From Meyerozyma guilliermondii (lineage: Eukaryota): a stretch of DNA of 64,000 nucleotides. Shown here piece by piece: positions 19,951 through 30,482 of this stretch. The translations under genes and the position numbers were made by a program. The stretch's first letter is position 1, and each line of letters opens with the position of its first letter. The stretch spans positions 806,001-870,000 of the forward strand of contig CP128820.1 of assembly GCA_051546255.1 (NCBI GenBank), in the 5' to 3' direction. The notes below the pieces were generated by a model, which worked only from the letters and a program-made list of their open reading frames with translations, did no database searches and had not been told where the DNA came from.

Positions 19951-20616
19951 ATGGACCAGACAGCTCGTATCAAGTCACACATGACCAGGGACCATAACTT
20001 GGCTCTCCTTGACTACTTGGTGGTATATGGAAAGGTCAATGCCAATGCAATAGAACCCGGTACTATCAACATGACAGACGTTAATACCGAATCTTTTACC
20101 ATTTGTTTCTACACCAGCAGTCCTCAGAAGGTCACTATTCGGTGGAAGGATGCTTGGGAGAGCGAAAACCTTCCAGTTGATGACATATCGGATGTCAAGC
20201 CAAAGTTAGTCTCAATGGCCAAGTATGCCGCTGCCAAGCAAGGATATGCCCACACCCAGATCAACAAGACGGTCCCACCCACTCCAGCAAGCTACCCTAT
20301 GTACGTTTATTTTGTGGTTGCTGGTTGGGCTGCTTTCGCACCCGCAAGTTTCCAGAAATTCGTGGCCAACAATTATGTCTTGTCTCGTATCGCTGCTTTG
20401 TTACCACTTACCTTTCGCAGCTACCTTTCTAAGAACATTCGCAAAATCTTCATTGGCACCTACATTGTTCACCTCTTTGAAATTTTCACCTATTCAATCC
20501 CAACTTTTATCAAGTACCGTGTGCCTGCAGCACAGAGATTGCAATGGACACTCATGCATTTTGTGGAAGGCTTTTTAGTGCCATTGAGGCTCAAGAAGTT
20601 GAAGGAAGGCCATTAG
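19951..20616 (+). CDS. Conserved fungal membrane protein (DUF2470-like N-terminus plus TM helices)
   Basis: RIKSHMTRDH N-terminal motif and hydrophobic C-terminal segments (IVHLFE, FVEGF). Confidence 0.65.
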   Translation: MDQTARIKSHMTRDHNLALLDYLVVYGKVNANAIEPGTINMTDVNTESFTICFYTSSPQKVTIRWKDAWESENLPVDDISDVKPKLVSMAKYAAAKQGYAHTQINKTVPPTPASYPMYVYFVVAGWAAFAPASFQKFVANNYVLSRIAALLPLTFRSYLSKNIRKIFIGTYIVHLFEIFTYSIPTFIKYRVPAAQRLQWTLMHFVEGFLVPLRLKKLKEGH

Positions 20617-20689
20617 AGATGATGAGGTCCCCTAGGATTTTTCAAGTTGCTACCCTTGGCAGCTCACCACAGCTTCTGTAGTACGAAAT

Positions 20690-20771
20690 GGCAACTTGTC
20701 CGAGTGGTTAAGGAGAAAGATTAGAAATCTTTTGGGCTTTGCCCGCGCAGGTTCGAATCCTGCAGTTGTCG
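20690..20771 (+). tRNA. tRNA-Ser(AGA)
   Basis: 82-nt cloverleaf with anticodon loop TTAGAAA, GTTCGAATCC and a downstream T-run. Confidence 0.97.
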
Positions 20772-20919
20772 TTACTTTTTTGATTGACGAATATATATGG
20801 GCTTAAAGTACGTTTACAAGATCTATTAGTGGTTTGTGTATATGTGGTGTGTACTGTGGTATGCCTCGAGGCATGCCCGAGAGACTAGCTCGTTATATGT
20901 TTTTCTTTGTGCAGGAACG

Positions 20920-20926
20920 TATACGA
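20920..20926. promoter_or_regulatory. Sterol response element (TATACGA = TCGTATA, Upc2 site) upstream of ERG27
   Basis: Exact match about 50 bp upstream of the ATG. Confidence 0.55.
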
Positions 20927-20975
20927 GGTCGTTTGGATTTCGCAGCCGATTTTCTTCCAACTGTTGACGTTTACG

Positions 20976-22007
20976 ATGACGACAAATTCGAAGGTAGCAT
21001 TAATTACGGGTATTTCTTCGAACCTAGGCATTAACATCGCCTACAGACTCTTGGACCAAACCGATCCTGCCATGAAGTTGACTATTATAGTCACTTCCAG
21101 GACATTTCGCAAGACAAAAGAACTGATTGAGCTCATAAACGAGTATGCCAATTCAAAGGCTGAGAGTAGAACTGGCACTGTGGAGTTTGACTATCTTCTA
21201 GTGGACTTTACTGACATGGTTTCCGTACTTTCGGCGTATTATGATTTGCATTTGAAATACAAATCTATAGACTACGTTTTCGTCAATGCCGCTCAAGGTG
21301 TTTATTCAGGCATTGATTGGGTTGGCGCTTGCAAACAAATTTTGCGGAATCCCGTGGAGGGTGTGTCGTTTCCCGACTACAAGTTGCAAAGAGTGGGAGT
21401 CAAGACCGCTGATGGAATGGGACTTGTATTTCAAGCGAATGTGTTTGGTCCATTTTATCTTATTCACAAGATCAAACATTTGTTGAAGGGTGGAAGTGTC
21501 GTTTGGATTTCGTCGCTCATGTCGAAACCAAAATACTTATCTTTTGATGATTTGCAACTCTTGAGATCATCAGAGTCATATGAGGGCTCCAAGCGGTTGG
21601 TGGACTTGATGCACATGGGTCTGTACCGGGAACTCGAGAAGATTCATGTCAACCAGTATGTGGTGGAACCAGGTATTTTCACAAGCTTTTCCTTTTTCCA
21701 GTACTTGAATGTGTTCACTTACTACGGTATGCTTTTGCTATTCTATCTCGCTCGGCTTTTGGGCTCTTCTCACCATACTATATCTGGGTATAAGGCTGCT
21801 AATGCCCCGGTATCGTGTGCACTCTCACAGGAACCCAAGAATGTCAAGCTTGGTTCGGCAACTTCAAGAACTGGAGTTGAGTACCTCATTAGACATGACA
21901 TTGACCCTACTGGGGCGGAAGACGTTGCAGCTTACTTGAATAGACTATGCGATGAATGGGATGAAAAGTTGAAGGACCAAATCACCGAAACTCGCCAAAA
22001 AGTTTGA
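20976..22007 (+). CDS. ERG27: 3-keto-steroid reductase
   Basis: ITGISSNLG, VTSRT, VNAAQG, FQANVFGPFY, YEGSKRL and PGIFTS. Confidence 0.95.
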   Translation: MTTNSKVALITGISSNLGINIAYRLLDQTDPAMKLTIIVTSRTFRKTKELIELINEYANSKAESRTGTVEFDYLLVDFTDMVSVLSAYYDLHLKYKSIDYVFVNAAQGVYSGIDWVGACKQILRNPVEGVSFPDYKLQRVGVKTADGMGLVFQANVFGPFYLIHKIKHLLKGGSVVWISSLMSKPKYLSFDDLQLLRSSESYEGSKRLVDLMHMGLYRELEKIHVNQYVVEPGIFTSFSFFQYLNVFTYYGMLLLFYLARLLGSSHHTISGYKAANAPVSCALSQEPKNVKLGSATSRTGVEYLIRHDIDPTGAEDVAAYLNRLCDEWDEKLKDQITETRQKV

Positions 22008-22092
22008 AAGATTTACAGAAAAGTTTGAAGTTCTACAGATGATGTTTGAAGGTTTACAGATGAAGTTTGAAGGTTTACAGATGAAGTTTGAA
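22000..22092 (+). repeat. ~21-bp degenerate tandem repeat (AAGTTTGAAGGTTTACAGATG), about 4.5 copies, starting at the ERG27 stop codon
   Basis: Read directly from the sequence. Confidence 0.85.
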
Positions 22093-22256
22093 ACGTCTAT
22101 ATTGGGGCTTCATATTTGCAATTGCTTGTTGTGGTCAGCTGCAGAACTTGCCAGCTCGTTGCTCTTGGAAATTGTTCTCTGTTTGTACCACATTTTGGAT
22201 TTTGCATTTGTGTCATTGCAATATATTTCCAAACTGGTTATTATCAATTGGTGAAC

Positions 22257-24479
22257 ATGCTTGTCTCGAGAAAAGACATCAAGCAACCCTTGAGCCCGTT
22301 ACGAATCAAGAAGCGTCTATCCAGGTTTCTAGGGAAGGGACTGACGGCGAGCTCTGCTGCATCGCCCAACTCAAACGCAGAAATATTTCATGAAGAAAAT
22401 TCTGTGGTTACTCTTACTACATTGCCCACACTGCCCCTTAGCGTAGCTATTAGCAGCTCCAGAGACAGTGTTGCCTCATCTGTCAATTTACCTAGCAAAA
22501 ATGACGACAATGATATCATTTCCAAAATATGTATTTGTTTGCAAGATGTTTGTGTTTGTACTCCGTTAGAACCTGAACAACCACCACAGCCAGTGAAGCT
22601 CGAGCCTCTTGTATGCAAAGACCATACTTGTGTTTGCTTTAATCAAATCTGTAAATGTGCTACTCCACTTTGTGTTTGTTGCACTATTGATGAAAATGCA
22701 CAAAAAGTCCATGATAAACCCTACTCTTATAGGCCATTTGTGTCTTTGGGTACATTGAATGAAGAAACAGATGCAAAGGGCATATTAGCTGAAGAAACAG
22801 ATGCTAAAAATGTTGAACCTTTGTCCTCACTTTTTGTGCCTTTTGAAGACAGAGCTTTGGATACTGCCTCGCTCAAAGATAGTAAAACTTATGAAGATCC
22901 CTCCTCTTTAAACAAGAAACTTGAAGACAAGCCCCATGAAGCATCTTCAATCCACTTCTCTAAAGCTTTCAAAGATTTCAAAGATGCAATAAAGAGAGGA
23001 CTCGAAAAGTCGTATAAGTACAAGTTGAAGGTACAGTTCAAAATTCACAGTTTGCGACGTACTAAAACATCTAGTTTGAGCTGGTTTAAAAGACGTCGTG
23101 ATCATTTGCAAGGCTCTCCTTCATCGGAAGCTAGCATGCCCTTGTGCTGTCGTCGTTATGATATAGCTCCTGCGCCGGTAAACTTGAGCGAACTCGAAAA
23201 GCGTAACTACTACCATGAGCAGTATCTTTCCCACCAAAAAGCCTCAGACTACAACGGGGCCTCATATCTCAAAGCTGTTATCATGAAGGCCAAAATGAAG
23301 AGCTCGGCGTCTCAAATCAGGAAAATTCATGCTAAATCTTCAACACCAAAGTTCTCTTCCCACGGAAAATCGCTGCATAGAAAAAATCTGCCATTTGTTG
23401 TTGGTCACTATTATACTTTCAAGAATTCTCCTGTGCGTCCTGCCAGGCTGATTTCTCCTCTTGTGACTCGTGAGGAAACTGTGGATGAGAAACTTGCAAG
23501 ACTCTTGGCTGAGTTTGCAAGGCACCGCTCATTTGCAGCCATTAAAGCGTACAAATTTGAATTGAGAATTCGGAATCGGAGAAAAGATAAGCCTTCTACT
23601 ACGCAAGAAGAACATCCTGCTGTTCGGCTACCACTGATTTCTTCTTCTATACAACACAAAACCAAACCCTCGAAGAAGGGCGAATCCAAAAATCAAAATT
23701 GCCAAGATGCTATAAACATGATTGAAGAGTATGCGCAAGAAATGGGAATGCTTCTCACCACACCTGAGCTGAAGGTTCGAATGAATGCTGATAGTAAAGA
23801 TAAAAATGTTTCTCCGCTTCGAAACCTCAATAAGCTGAAAGATCCAACATTGAACGGCATAGACATACCCAGAATGGAGCCGGGACACTACAGTTTTGTC
23901 AGAATCAGATCTACTTCTAAATCTGGTGAGACTAGGTCGGCCATGATAGTGAGAAAAGATAATGTTGGCGACAGGAAGTTTTCTTCGGTATTTCGAGATT
24001 GCATCGAGCGAATTGATAAAGTGCCAGAAACGCAGAGCACCATGAGTGTGGATTCAAATAGAGGGAAAAACGAAACACAGAAGGAGACTGGTAAGCAGAT
24101 AAATTCTATCTTGAGCGCCATAGAAAGTATGCACCGTGCTACACCAAATGAGAATAGTATGAAGTCTAAAGGTTGTGGGCTGCAACCGGGCTCAGGCTCA
24201 CTGGAAATGGCTGCAAATTCTCGGAGCAAAAAGGTACTCAAGAAAGTTCATAGGGTCGAAGAACGAGCTTTTGAACACGATGATAAAGTTCAGGAAGCTT
24301 CCTGTGAGATATCTACAAAACATAGAGCTGAAAATAGAAAAGTGGTTTCGTTCAAGGACTGTTCCCCAGTCACAAAAAAAGTTTTGAAAGAGAGTTCAGT
24401 CTTGAACAAGTCGTCAAGTACCCTGCAACATCTAGGTACGAAGTCCCTAGGCTCTATATCTGATATTGCAAAATGTTGA
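22257..24479 (+). CDS. Orphan basic protein (~740 aa) with a Cys-rich cluster
   Basis: Uninterrupted 2.2-kb ORF from aacATG. Contains ICICLQDVCVC and VCKDHTCVCFNQICKCATPLCVCC. I recognise no family. Confidence 0.6.
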   Translation: MLVSRKDIKQPLSPLRIKKRLSRFLGKGLTASSAASPNSNAEIFHEENSVVTLTTLPTLPLSVAISSSRDSVASSVNLPSKNDDNDIISKICICLQDVCVCTPLEPEQPPQPVKLEPLVCKDHTCVCFNQICKCATPLCVCCTIDENAQKVHDKPYSYRPFVSLGTLNEETDAKGILAEETDAKNVEPLSSLFVPFEDRALDTASLKDSKTYEDPSSLNKKLEDKPHEASSIHFSKAFKDFKDAIKRGLEKSYKYKLKVQFKIHSLRRTKTSSLSWFKRRRDHLQGSPSSEASMPLCCRRYDIAPAPVNLSELEKRNYYHEQYLSHQKASDYNGASYLKAVIMKAKMKSSASQIRKIHAKSSTPKFSSHGKSLHRKNLPFVVGHYYTFKNSPVRPARLISPLVTREETVDEKLARLLAEFARHRSFAAIKAYKFELRIRNRRKDKPSTTQEEHPAVRLPLISSSIQHKTKPSKKGESKNQNCQDAINMIEEYAQEMGMLLTTPELKVRMNADSKDKNVSPLRNLNKLKDPTLNGIDIPRMEPGHYSFVRIRSTSKSGETRSAMIVRKDNVGDRKFSSVFRDCIERIDKVPETQSTMSVDSNRGKNETQKETGKQINSILSAIESMHRATPNENSMKSKGCGLQPGSGSLEMAANSRSKKVLKKVHRVEERAFEHDDKVQEASCEISTKHRAENRKVVSFKDCSPVTKKVLKESSVLNKSSSTLQHLGTKSLGSISDIAKC

Positions 24480-24600
24480 GAAATTCAAAGCATACTTGCT
24501 GCACTAATCATAGCAAACTTCAAGATATATATACCTGCTATACTACATGAAAAATTTCTAGTATCTGTTCCCTCTCTGTATTCATAATAAATTTCTGGCA

Positions 24601-27600
24601 TCACTTCCAACTGTACAAACAGTGACATCCACAACCGCCAGGACATTCGTTAAACCCTTCCGATTCTTCACTTCCAGCCCACCAACTGGCAGCACAATCT
24701 GCGTGTAGAGTGTGCTCACATATGTTGCAAACAACTGCCCACTTTGCCACAACCAAACTACAAAGTTGACAAAATTTGATTGTATCGTATGCCTGGCGCC
24801 ACGCCAATGGTCCCGCTTGCCCCATGGGACCGCTTGGAGATATGAAACGGTTGACGGTCTGATCTGTTTCTGGAATGCTGCGATCTCCATTTCTTAAACC
24901 AAAGCTTAATCTGTGAATATCGAAAGAAGATGAGCTTCTGTTAACCTCGCCATCTGGATAACTAAACTTGAGCACCAAGATCCGATGGACGGGAAGTCCC
25001 CACAGAAACAACATATCTGCGTAATGTTCTCTATAAAGCCGAATCTTCTCACAATCTTGTGAATCGAGCAAGCTTCGAGAATGTCGTGTTTCAAAAAGAT
25101 CCAAATCATCAACGTTGCACATTTCTATGGTTACCTCTGAGTTCTCTTCTAATTCCCGATTGATGTGTTCGTTCTGGTTGTCGAATTTGTCTACCTTGTG
25201 GTGACTTTTACGTCCATCTTCTCTTGCTTTGGAATCATCAAAAAGGTTGAGACCTTGACCTGCCCTTCTCATTGTGCTTGCTTCAGAGAAACTTTCTCTA
25301 TAGCTACTTCCAACAGAAGAATTGATAGACCTCTCGTAATGGCGTGGACTAGAGTAGTCACTAAAGGGAATTGGGGTGCTTATTACTGGAGTCGTCATGT
25401 AGCTACCATTTTCAGCCATACGACGCTCCACTGAGCTTCCCTCCAACGGAGACTGTCTTACCATAGGAGTGGAAGATAATGATCTGCGCTTGGCAATTTG
25501 AGGAGTATGTCCTGGATCATAATTGGAAATGTAATTTGGACGCTCGAATAAGACACACGACATGGTCACTAACATTTGAATAGATCCTCTTCTCTCAAAG
25601 TATTCAAATATGTCCTTGATAAGACCACTGTGACCGAATGGGTGATTTCCCCAATAGAAATTTCGTTGTTTGCTGAGAGAACTTTGCATAAACTGGCTTT
25701 CCATGACACCGTTAGTGCTAGAAGCATTCAGCAAAAGAATTGACAAAACATTCCAAACTTCAGCCAATTCTGAATAACCACAAGACGCAGCTACATCACC
25801 ATTATACTTGGCAAGGACATCTGGTCGATCTCCCAGAATCCTATACTTGCACGCAAGTTCGTACTTGTCAGGAAGAAGATGGCTGAAATCAAATATCCCG
25901 ACTATATTGGTACTTTTCTTGCTCTTCTTCGATTTTTTGGCAGACGGGGTAACAATGCTATCATGCAACGAGGTTTTATTCACCGAGCCATCTCCTTGAC
26001 TTGTGAACCGCTTGAGCGAGCTTTTCTGCTCTGCTACGTACCTGTTGCCCAAGCCTAACGAGGTTTGAAAAAGCCCTGGGATCCTTGCATTATTTCTTCT
26101 TTCATCCTCCATGATATCGTTCCAGTCTTGAGAAAAACTATCATCAGAAGTTTCCGAGCTGTCGTCCGCTTCCTTGTCCAGAATACCAATGGGTCCTTCA
26201 GAGTCCAGCTCTCCATCGCTAGACAGAATTTCTTCACTTGACTGTGCTTCGAGGTGAATAGTCTGCCCTTTGCTCTCATGGTGCCTGTTCTTTACACTCA
26301 ATTCACCATCGGCAAATTTGAAGATATTGAACTTCTGGAAGTTTTTGCTTTCGTCATCGTCCGTACGCTTGGGTACGAAGAAGCACACTAGTTGGCCCGT
26401 GTGAGACCAAAGAGCTCCGCACCCTTTTGGCACCGGTGTTGAGTCGTAAAATTTGTTGTTCACCACATGAGCTTTCTCGTCGAAATTCGTGAGTTTTCCC
26501 GGGAAAGACTCTTGGCTGTTCTCCAAATCTCGACCGGTAGGAACCAAGTCTTCAAACTCGTCAATGTCCTCTCCGGAAGACTCACCTTCTTCAAATAATT
26601 GAGTGTCATTTGGAGACTGATCAGGTTGCTGGTTGATAAGGTCGTCTGCCCATCCTTCATTTCCTACTTCCTGAACAAAGTCTTCATCGTCATTCAGACC
26701 AATATCAAAGTTGGAGTCATCAAGATCAACCTTGTCTCCCATCAAAAAGCGCAAGCATGGCTCAAGACAGAACTTTTTGTACTTGTTTGTGTAAAAATAA
26801 GAGATGTCCTTGAGCTTTTCTACCATCTCGTCCACGGTAGCCTTGTTGAGCTCGTGCGTTTCCTCAATCACAAAAGATACAAAATGTTGTGCAGTGTAGG
26901 CAGCTCGCTTAGATGAAGACCAAGAAGAAGATGGAGCGCTTGCCATTTCAAGGTATGGGTAGCCCTTAGGAAACTTGATATTCACTCGAATAAAGACGAG
27001 CTGCAGCTCCTCTTCCCCTTCAGGTACACTACTTCCTCCAGAACCTCCCATAGTGTTGTTTGCAGAAGCAGGAGCTCCACCATCTGCTGCATCATTCACA
27101 GTACTTGTCTTTTCGTTGTCGTCGTCGACTTTTTCGGAACCTGCCTCGTTCGATACTTCAGAGACACTTTTGGGTCGACTGTCCTCCTGCTTGCGGGTTA
27201 CGGGTCCAACTAAACTAAGAACCACATCACCTGTAGAAACGGATATTTTTTCGAATCGCACTTTCGGGAACTTGTGTCCAACAATACTCACTTCTTCTCC
27301 AAGATTCAAAGGACTTCCGTCTCTTTCACGATTTGTACCATGGCCCGCATGGCCCATTCGGACACCTGATATCCAGTCTAGATTGTTAGTTGCAAGAGTA
27401 GACTTGGACGTATTGTTAAGATTGCGCTTTGATAGTTCAAAAAGTGTAAGTGCAGAAAGCTTATCACCATTATTTTTCTTTATCAAGTCTTGAAGAGATA
27501 CAGGCGGCTCCACGCAGAATGTGTCGTACGACAATAATGCCTTTTGATGCGGATTAGGCTTTTCTTCTCCAGGAGACGAAGCCAGAGGTGACAGCGATCT

Positions 27601-28737
27601 TTTGGAACTCTGGTCGAGAGGTGAATCTTCTTCTTCTGCAATTGTTCCAATGATGCGCTGGTGAGTAGGGTTGTAATTTGCAGCTGTGTAAAGTTCGTCA
27701 TCTTTAGGCCACAACTTGAGGTCGTAATCCTGTCCCCAGGTAACAAGCTGATAGTCCTTCCAGCGATTACTTGATGTGAAGCCATTGTAGTTTTCATGTC
27801 TAGTTCTCCATAAAAAGTCCTTGATTGGCGCAGTATGTCCCTTAAACGAATATGCGGGATCTGCTTGAATATACTGAGTAGTACCAGTATCTATGCTCGA
27901 GTGAAATGAGGTATCGTAGTTGACTATGTGGACAGAATTGTCGCCTCCGCGGAGCGGCATGAGTCCAACCACTCGCTCGCGTCCGAATGGAAGAGGACGA
28001 GCACGGGCTATAGGGTAATCAGCTGTAATGACCACTGATGGGGCATATGGTGGATCTCCGCTCAAATTCCAGAACTTTACCTTTTTGTCATTGCTACAAG
28101 TGACAAAGCTGTTCACTCCCAATGTGAAGTCTAGGCCATTGATCTTTCCCCCGTGGGCGTTTTGGACCTTAACTATGGGAAGAGCATCTTTTCGAGAGTC
28201 CCACACACAAAAACCATTGTCATGACTCGAGGCTACTTCCCATGGATTTTCATGGTTCCACTTGACCTGAGTTGCCCCAGCACGCCATTCCGCCCACTGG
28301 GCCACGGGTTTTCGAGGAGTTCTCATGTCCCATCGTAGAACAAAAGTGTCTATAGAACATGTTGCAAGCAGTTCTGGATCATAAGGATGAAAGTTAATAT
28401 CGGTGATTGCACGAGTGTGCTGGTGTAGAACGTTAGCTATGGCATTGTTGGATGGTCTGGCGAGGTCCCAAAGGAGGGCTTTTTGGTTGGAGGTCGATAT
28501 ACACCATGATGGCTTCGACTGGTGGGGAGACCATTGAACGTCAGCGACCTCCCATGAAGTAATATGGTGGAGCCAACGAGGAGTGGTGAAGGGATCTTCG
28601 AGATCTATGATAAAGAGACCCCTACGACCAGCAAGGACTGCATCACGGCCGTTGGGAGAAAGTGTCATGGCGCCAATGGCACCGTCAACTCGCACTGAAA
28701 GCGATCTGCCGAAAGTCAAAGACGAAAACGGGTCCAT
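24601..28737 (-). CDS. MTC5: SEA/GATOR2 complex subunit Mtc5/Sea3 (WD40-RWD-RING)
   Basis: SPNGRDAVLAGRRGL, HHITSWEVADVQWSPH, PVPKGCGALWS and a C-terminal RING (CQLC...CEHTLHADC...CPGGCGCHC). Confidence 0.92.
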   Translation of the reverse strand: MDPFSSLTFGRSLSVRVDGAIGAMTLSPNGRDAVLAGRRGLFIIDLEDPFTTPRWLHHITSWEVADVQWSPHQSKPSWCISTSNQKALLWDLARPSNNAIANVLHQHTRAITDINFHPYDPELLATCSIDTFVLRWDMRTPRKPVAQWAEWRAGATQVKWNHENPWEVASSHDNGFCVWDSRKDALPIVKVQNAHGGKINGLDFTLGVNSFVTCSNDKKVKFWNLSGDPPYAPSVVITADYPIARARPLPFGRERVVGLMPLRGGDNSVHIVNYDTSFHSSIDTGTTQYIQADPAYSFKGHTAPIKDFLWRTRHENYNGFTSSNRWKDYQLVTWGQDYDLKLWPKDDELYTAANYNPTHQRIIGTIAEEEDSPLDQSSKRSLSPLASSPGEEKPNPHQKALLSYDTFCVEPPVSLQDLIKKNNGDKLSALTLFELSKRNLNNTSKSTLATNNLDWISGVRMGHAGHGTNRERDGSPLNLGEEVSIVGHKFPKVRFEKISVSTGDVVLSLVGPVTRKQEDSRPKSVSEVSNEAGSEKVDDDNEKTSTVNDAADGGAPASANNTMGGSGGSSVPEGEEELQLVFIRVNIKFPKGYPYLEMASAPSSSWSSSKRAAYTAQHFVSFVIEETHELNKATVDEMVEKLKDISYFYTNKYKKFCLEPCLRFLMGDKVDLDDSNFDIGLNDDEDFVQEVGNEGWADDLINQQPDQSPNDTQLFEEGESSGEDIDEFEDLVPTGRDLENSQESFPGKLTNFDEKAHVVNNKFYDSTPVPKGCGALWSHTGQLVCFFVPKRTDDDESKNFQKFNIFKFADGELSVKNRHHESKGQTIHLEAQSSEEILSSDGELDSEGPIGILDKEADDSSETSDDSFSQDWNDIMEDERRNNARIPGLFQTSLGLGNRYVAEQKSSLKRFTSQGDGSVNKTSLHDSIVTPSAKKSKKSKKSTNIVGIFDFSHLLPDKYELACKYRILGDRPDVLAKYNGDVAASCGYSELAEVWNVLSILLLNASSTNGVMESQFMQSSLSKQRNFYWGNHPFGHSGLIKDIFEYFERRGSIQMLVTMSCVLFERPNYISNYDPGHTPQIAKRRSLSSTPMVRQSPLEGSSVERRMAENGSYMTTPVISTPIPFSDYSSPRHYERSINSSVGSSYRESFSEASTMRRAGQGLNLFDDSKAREDGRKSHHKVDKFDNQNEHINRELEENSEVTIEMCNVDDLDLFETRHSRSLLDSQDCEKIRLYREHYADMLFLWGLPVHRILVLKFSYPDGEVNRSSSSFDIHRLSFGLRNGDRSIPETDQTVNRFISPSGPMGQAGPLAWRQAYDTIKFCQLCSLVVAKWAVVCNICEHTLHADCAASWWAGSEESEGFNECPGGCGCHCLYSWK

Positions 28738-28957
28738 ATTAGATATTGTTGATGGTTCAATTATTAGCCGGGGTTATAGCTGTGATATAGTTGGAAACAA
28801 TGGAATGCTATATACGGCTCAGTGACTGGATGGGCTTCTTCATAAAGATTGTACTGTTGTAGAGTTCTTTTGAGGTTTTCGCGAATTCGAATTCGCAGCG
28901 AAGTTATCTTTCTCACCAACAACTGAAGCCGACACTCCAGCTCGCAAAGCAGCAACC

Positions 28958-29593
28958 ATGAGTGACGTAGATGACGAATTTAACGATGATATCGATATGC
29001 CCGAGCCAAGCATGAATCCAGAATATGGTGCCAGCAATGGCGGCGAAGGTGGTGATGGAAAAGACTCCAATGGCGCCCAAGAACAACGAAAAGAACAACC
29101 ACAAGAGCTTCCGCAGCTCTCAAGAAAAGACAAAACACTCCAGGAGGTGCTTGAGATGATGGAAGGTGAGTTTGCTCCTATTATTCCTGACGCTGTCACC
29201 GAGTACTACCTTTCAAAAAATGGATTTGAAACATCTGATATTCGAATTAAACGACTCCTTGCTCTCGCCACACAGAAATTTGTCCTGGACATCGCTCAGG
29301 ATGCATACGAATACCTGCGGATCCGCAGTTCGTCGTCGGTGTACAATTCGTCTAACCCGCAGATTCGAGCGAAGCAATTACTTCAAGGGCAGCAATTTGC
29401 CAACCAGCAGCTGTTGACCGGAGCAGGTGCGGCAGGCGGCTCTGTGGATGGAGATTCTGTGCCACAGGCGCTGCAGCCGTCTACAAGTAGTGCTGGAAAC
29501 CTGCAGGGCAAGATTGTGTTGACCATGGAAGACTTGAGCAGTGCTTTATCGGAGTACGGGCTCAATACGGCGAGACCAGATTTTTACCATTAA
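28958..29593 (+). CDS. TAF10: TFIID/SAGA subunit Taf10
   Basis: [26 protein letters not shown] and [17 protein letters not shown]. Confidence 0.96.
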   Translation: MSDVDDEFNDDIDMPEPSMNPEYGASNGGEGGDGKDSNGAQEQRKEQPQELPQLSRKDKTLQEVLEMMEGEFAPIIPDAVTEYYLSKNGFETSDIRIKRLLALATQKFVLDIAQDAYEYLRIRSSSSVYNSSNPQIRAKQLLQGQQFANQQLLTGAGAAGGSVDGDSVPQALQPSTSSAGNLQGKIVLTMEDLSSALSEYGLNTARPDFYH

Positions 29594-29692
29594 TGAACAT
29601 ATATGAGCATGAGAAATGTAGAGGCTACTCAAGGGCAGCACAAGTGTCAGTATATAAGTAGTAGGTGCCCAATACAAGATGCAAAAAAATAA

Positions 29693-29774
29693 CGACAACT
29701 GCAGGATTCGAACCTGCGCGGGCAAAGCCCAAAAGATTTCTAATCTTTCTCCTTAACCACTCGGACAAGTTGCC
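29693..29774 (-). tRNA. tRNA-Ser(AGA)
   Basis: The reverse complement is identical to the 82-nt gene at 20690, followed by a T-run on the minus strand. Confidence 0.97.
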
Positions 29775-30482
29775 ATAACTGCTTAGTAGATCGTGGTGGT
29801 AGTCCTAAGTACCTCTCTGCCATGTCTACTTTTACAAAAATACGTTTTCTTTACATGGTAATTCAATGATTAATATATTTGGTGTACCTTATGTGCGGGT
29901 GTGCGGGTGTTGCAAGGTATTATGCATTGGTTACTTGGCACGAAAATTCTGGACTTTCACAAAATTGCGAAAATCGGGTCAGACTCGCTCAAAATGGGTC
30001 TCAAAACTAGACTCAGTATGGCATCATATGCAGGAAAATTCGTAATGAGATCACCTCCGTAGATATTAAGTATTTTTCTGCCATGACTACCGGCACTAAA
30101 GTGAAGTTACCTTGTTCTCTTATTATCAGCTATGACGATTAGCAATCTTGTAGCAACTCTCGGCCAAATCGAAAAAAAAATTTCATCACCTAATTTTGGT
30201 ATATTGTGTAATTCCGTAATTTTACGTTTCCAAGTATTAATGTATTCTTGGTACAATATCTCCCTATCATGTGTTTTCAAGAACTGGCTTGGTTCTGAAA
30301 CTTGGCTCCTTCCAATTTAACTCATTCCTCTAACCTCCCACTTCGCCATTTCATATTTTCCAAGCGCACTGCACGTTTCAGAATTTTGCAGCAATTCTGC
30401 GGCTGCGAAAAAATGTGGTACTTTCTTATAAATCGAGACGATATCACATTTCAACCCACAGAAACTTAGCAAAGCTCAACTT

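Noticed and set aside
22000..22092. Possible CRISPR-like array
   Set aside because: The units abut with no unique spacers, there are no cas genes, and the context is eukaryotic.
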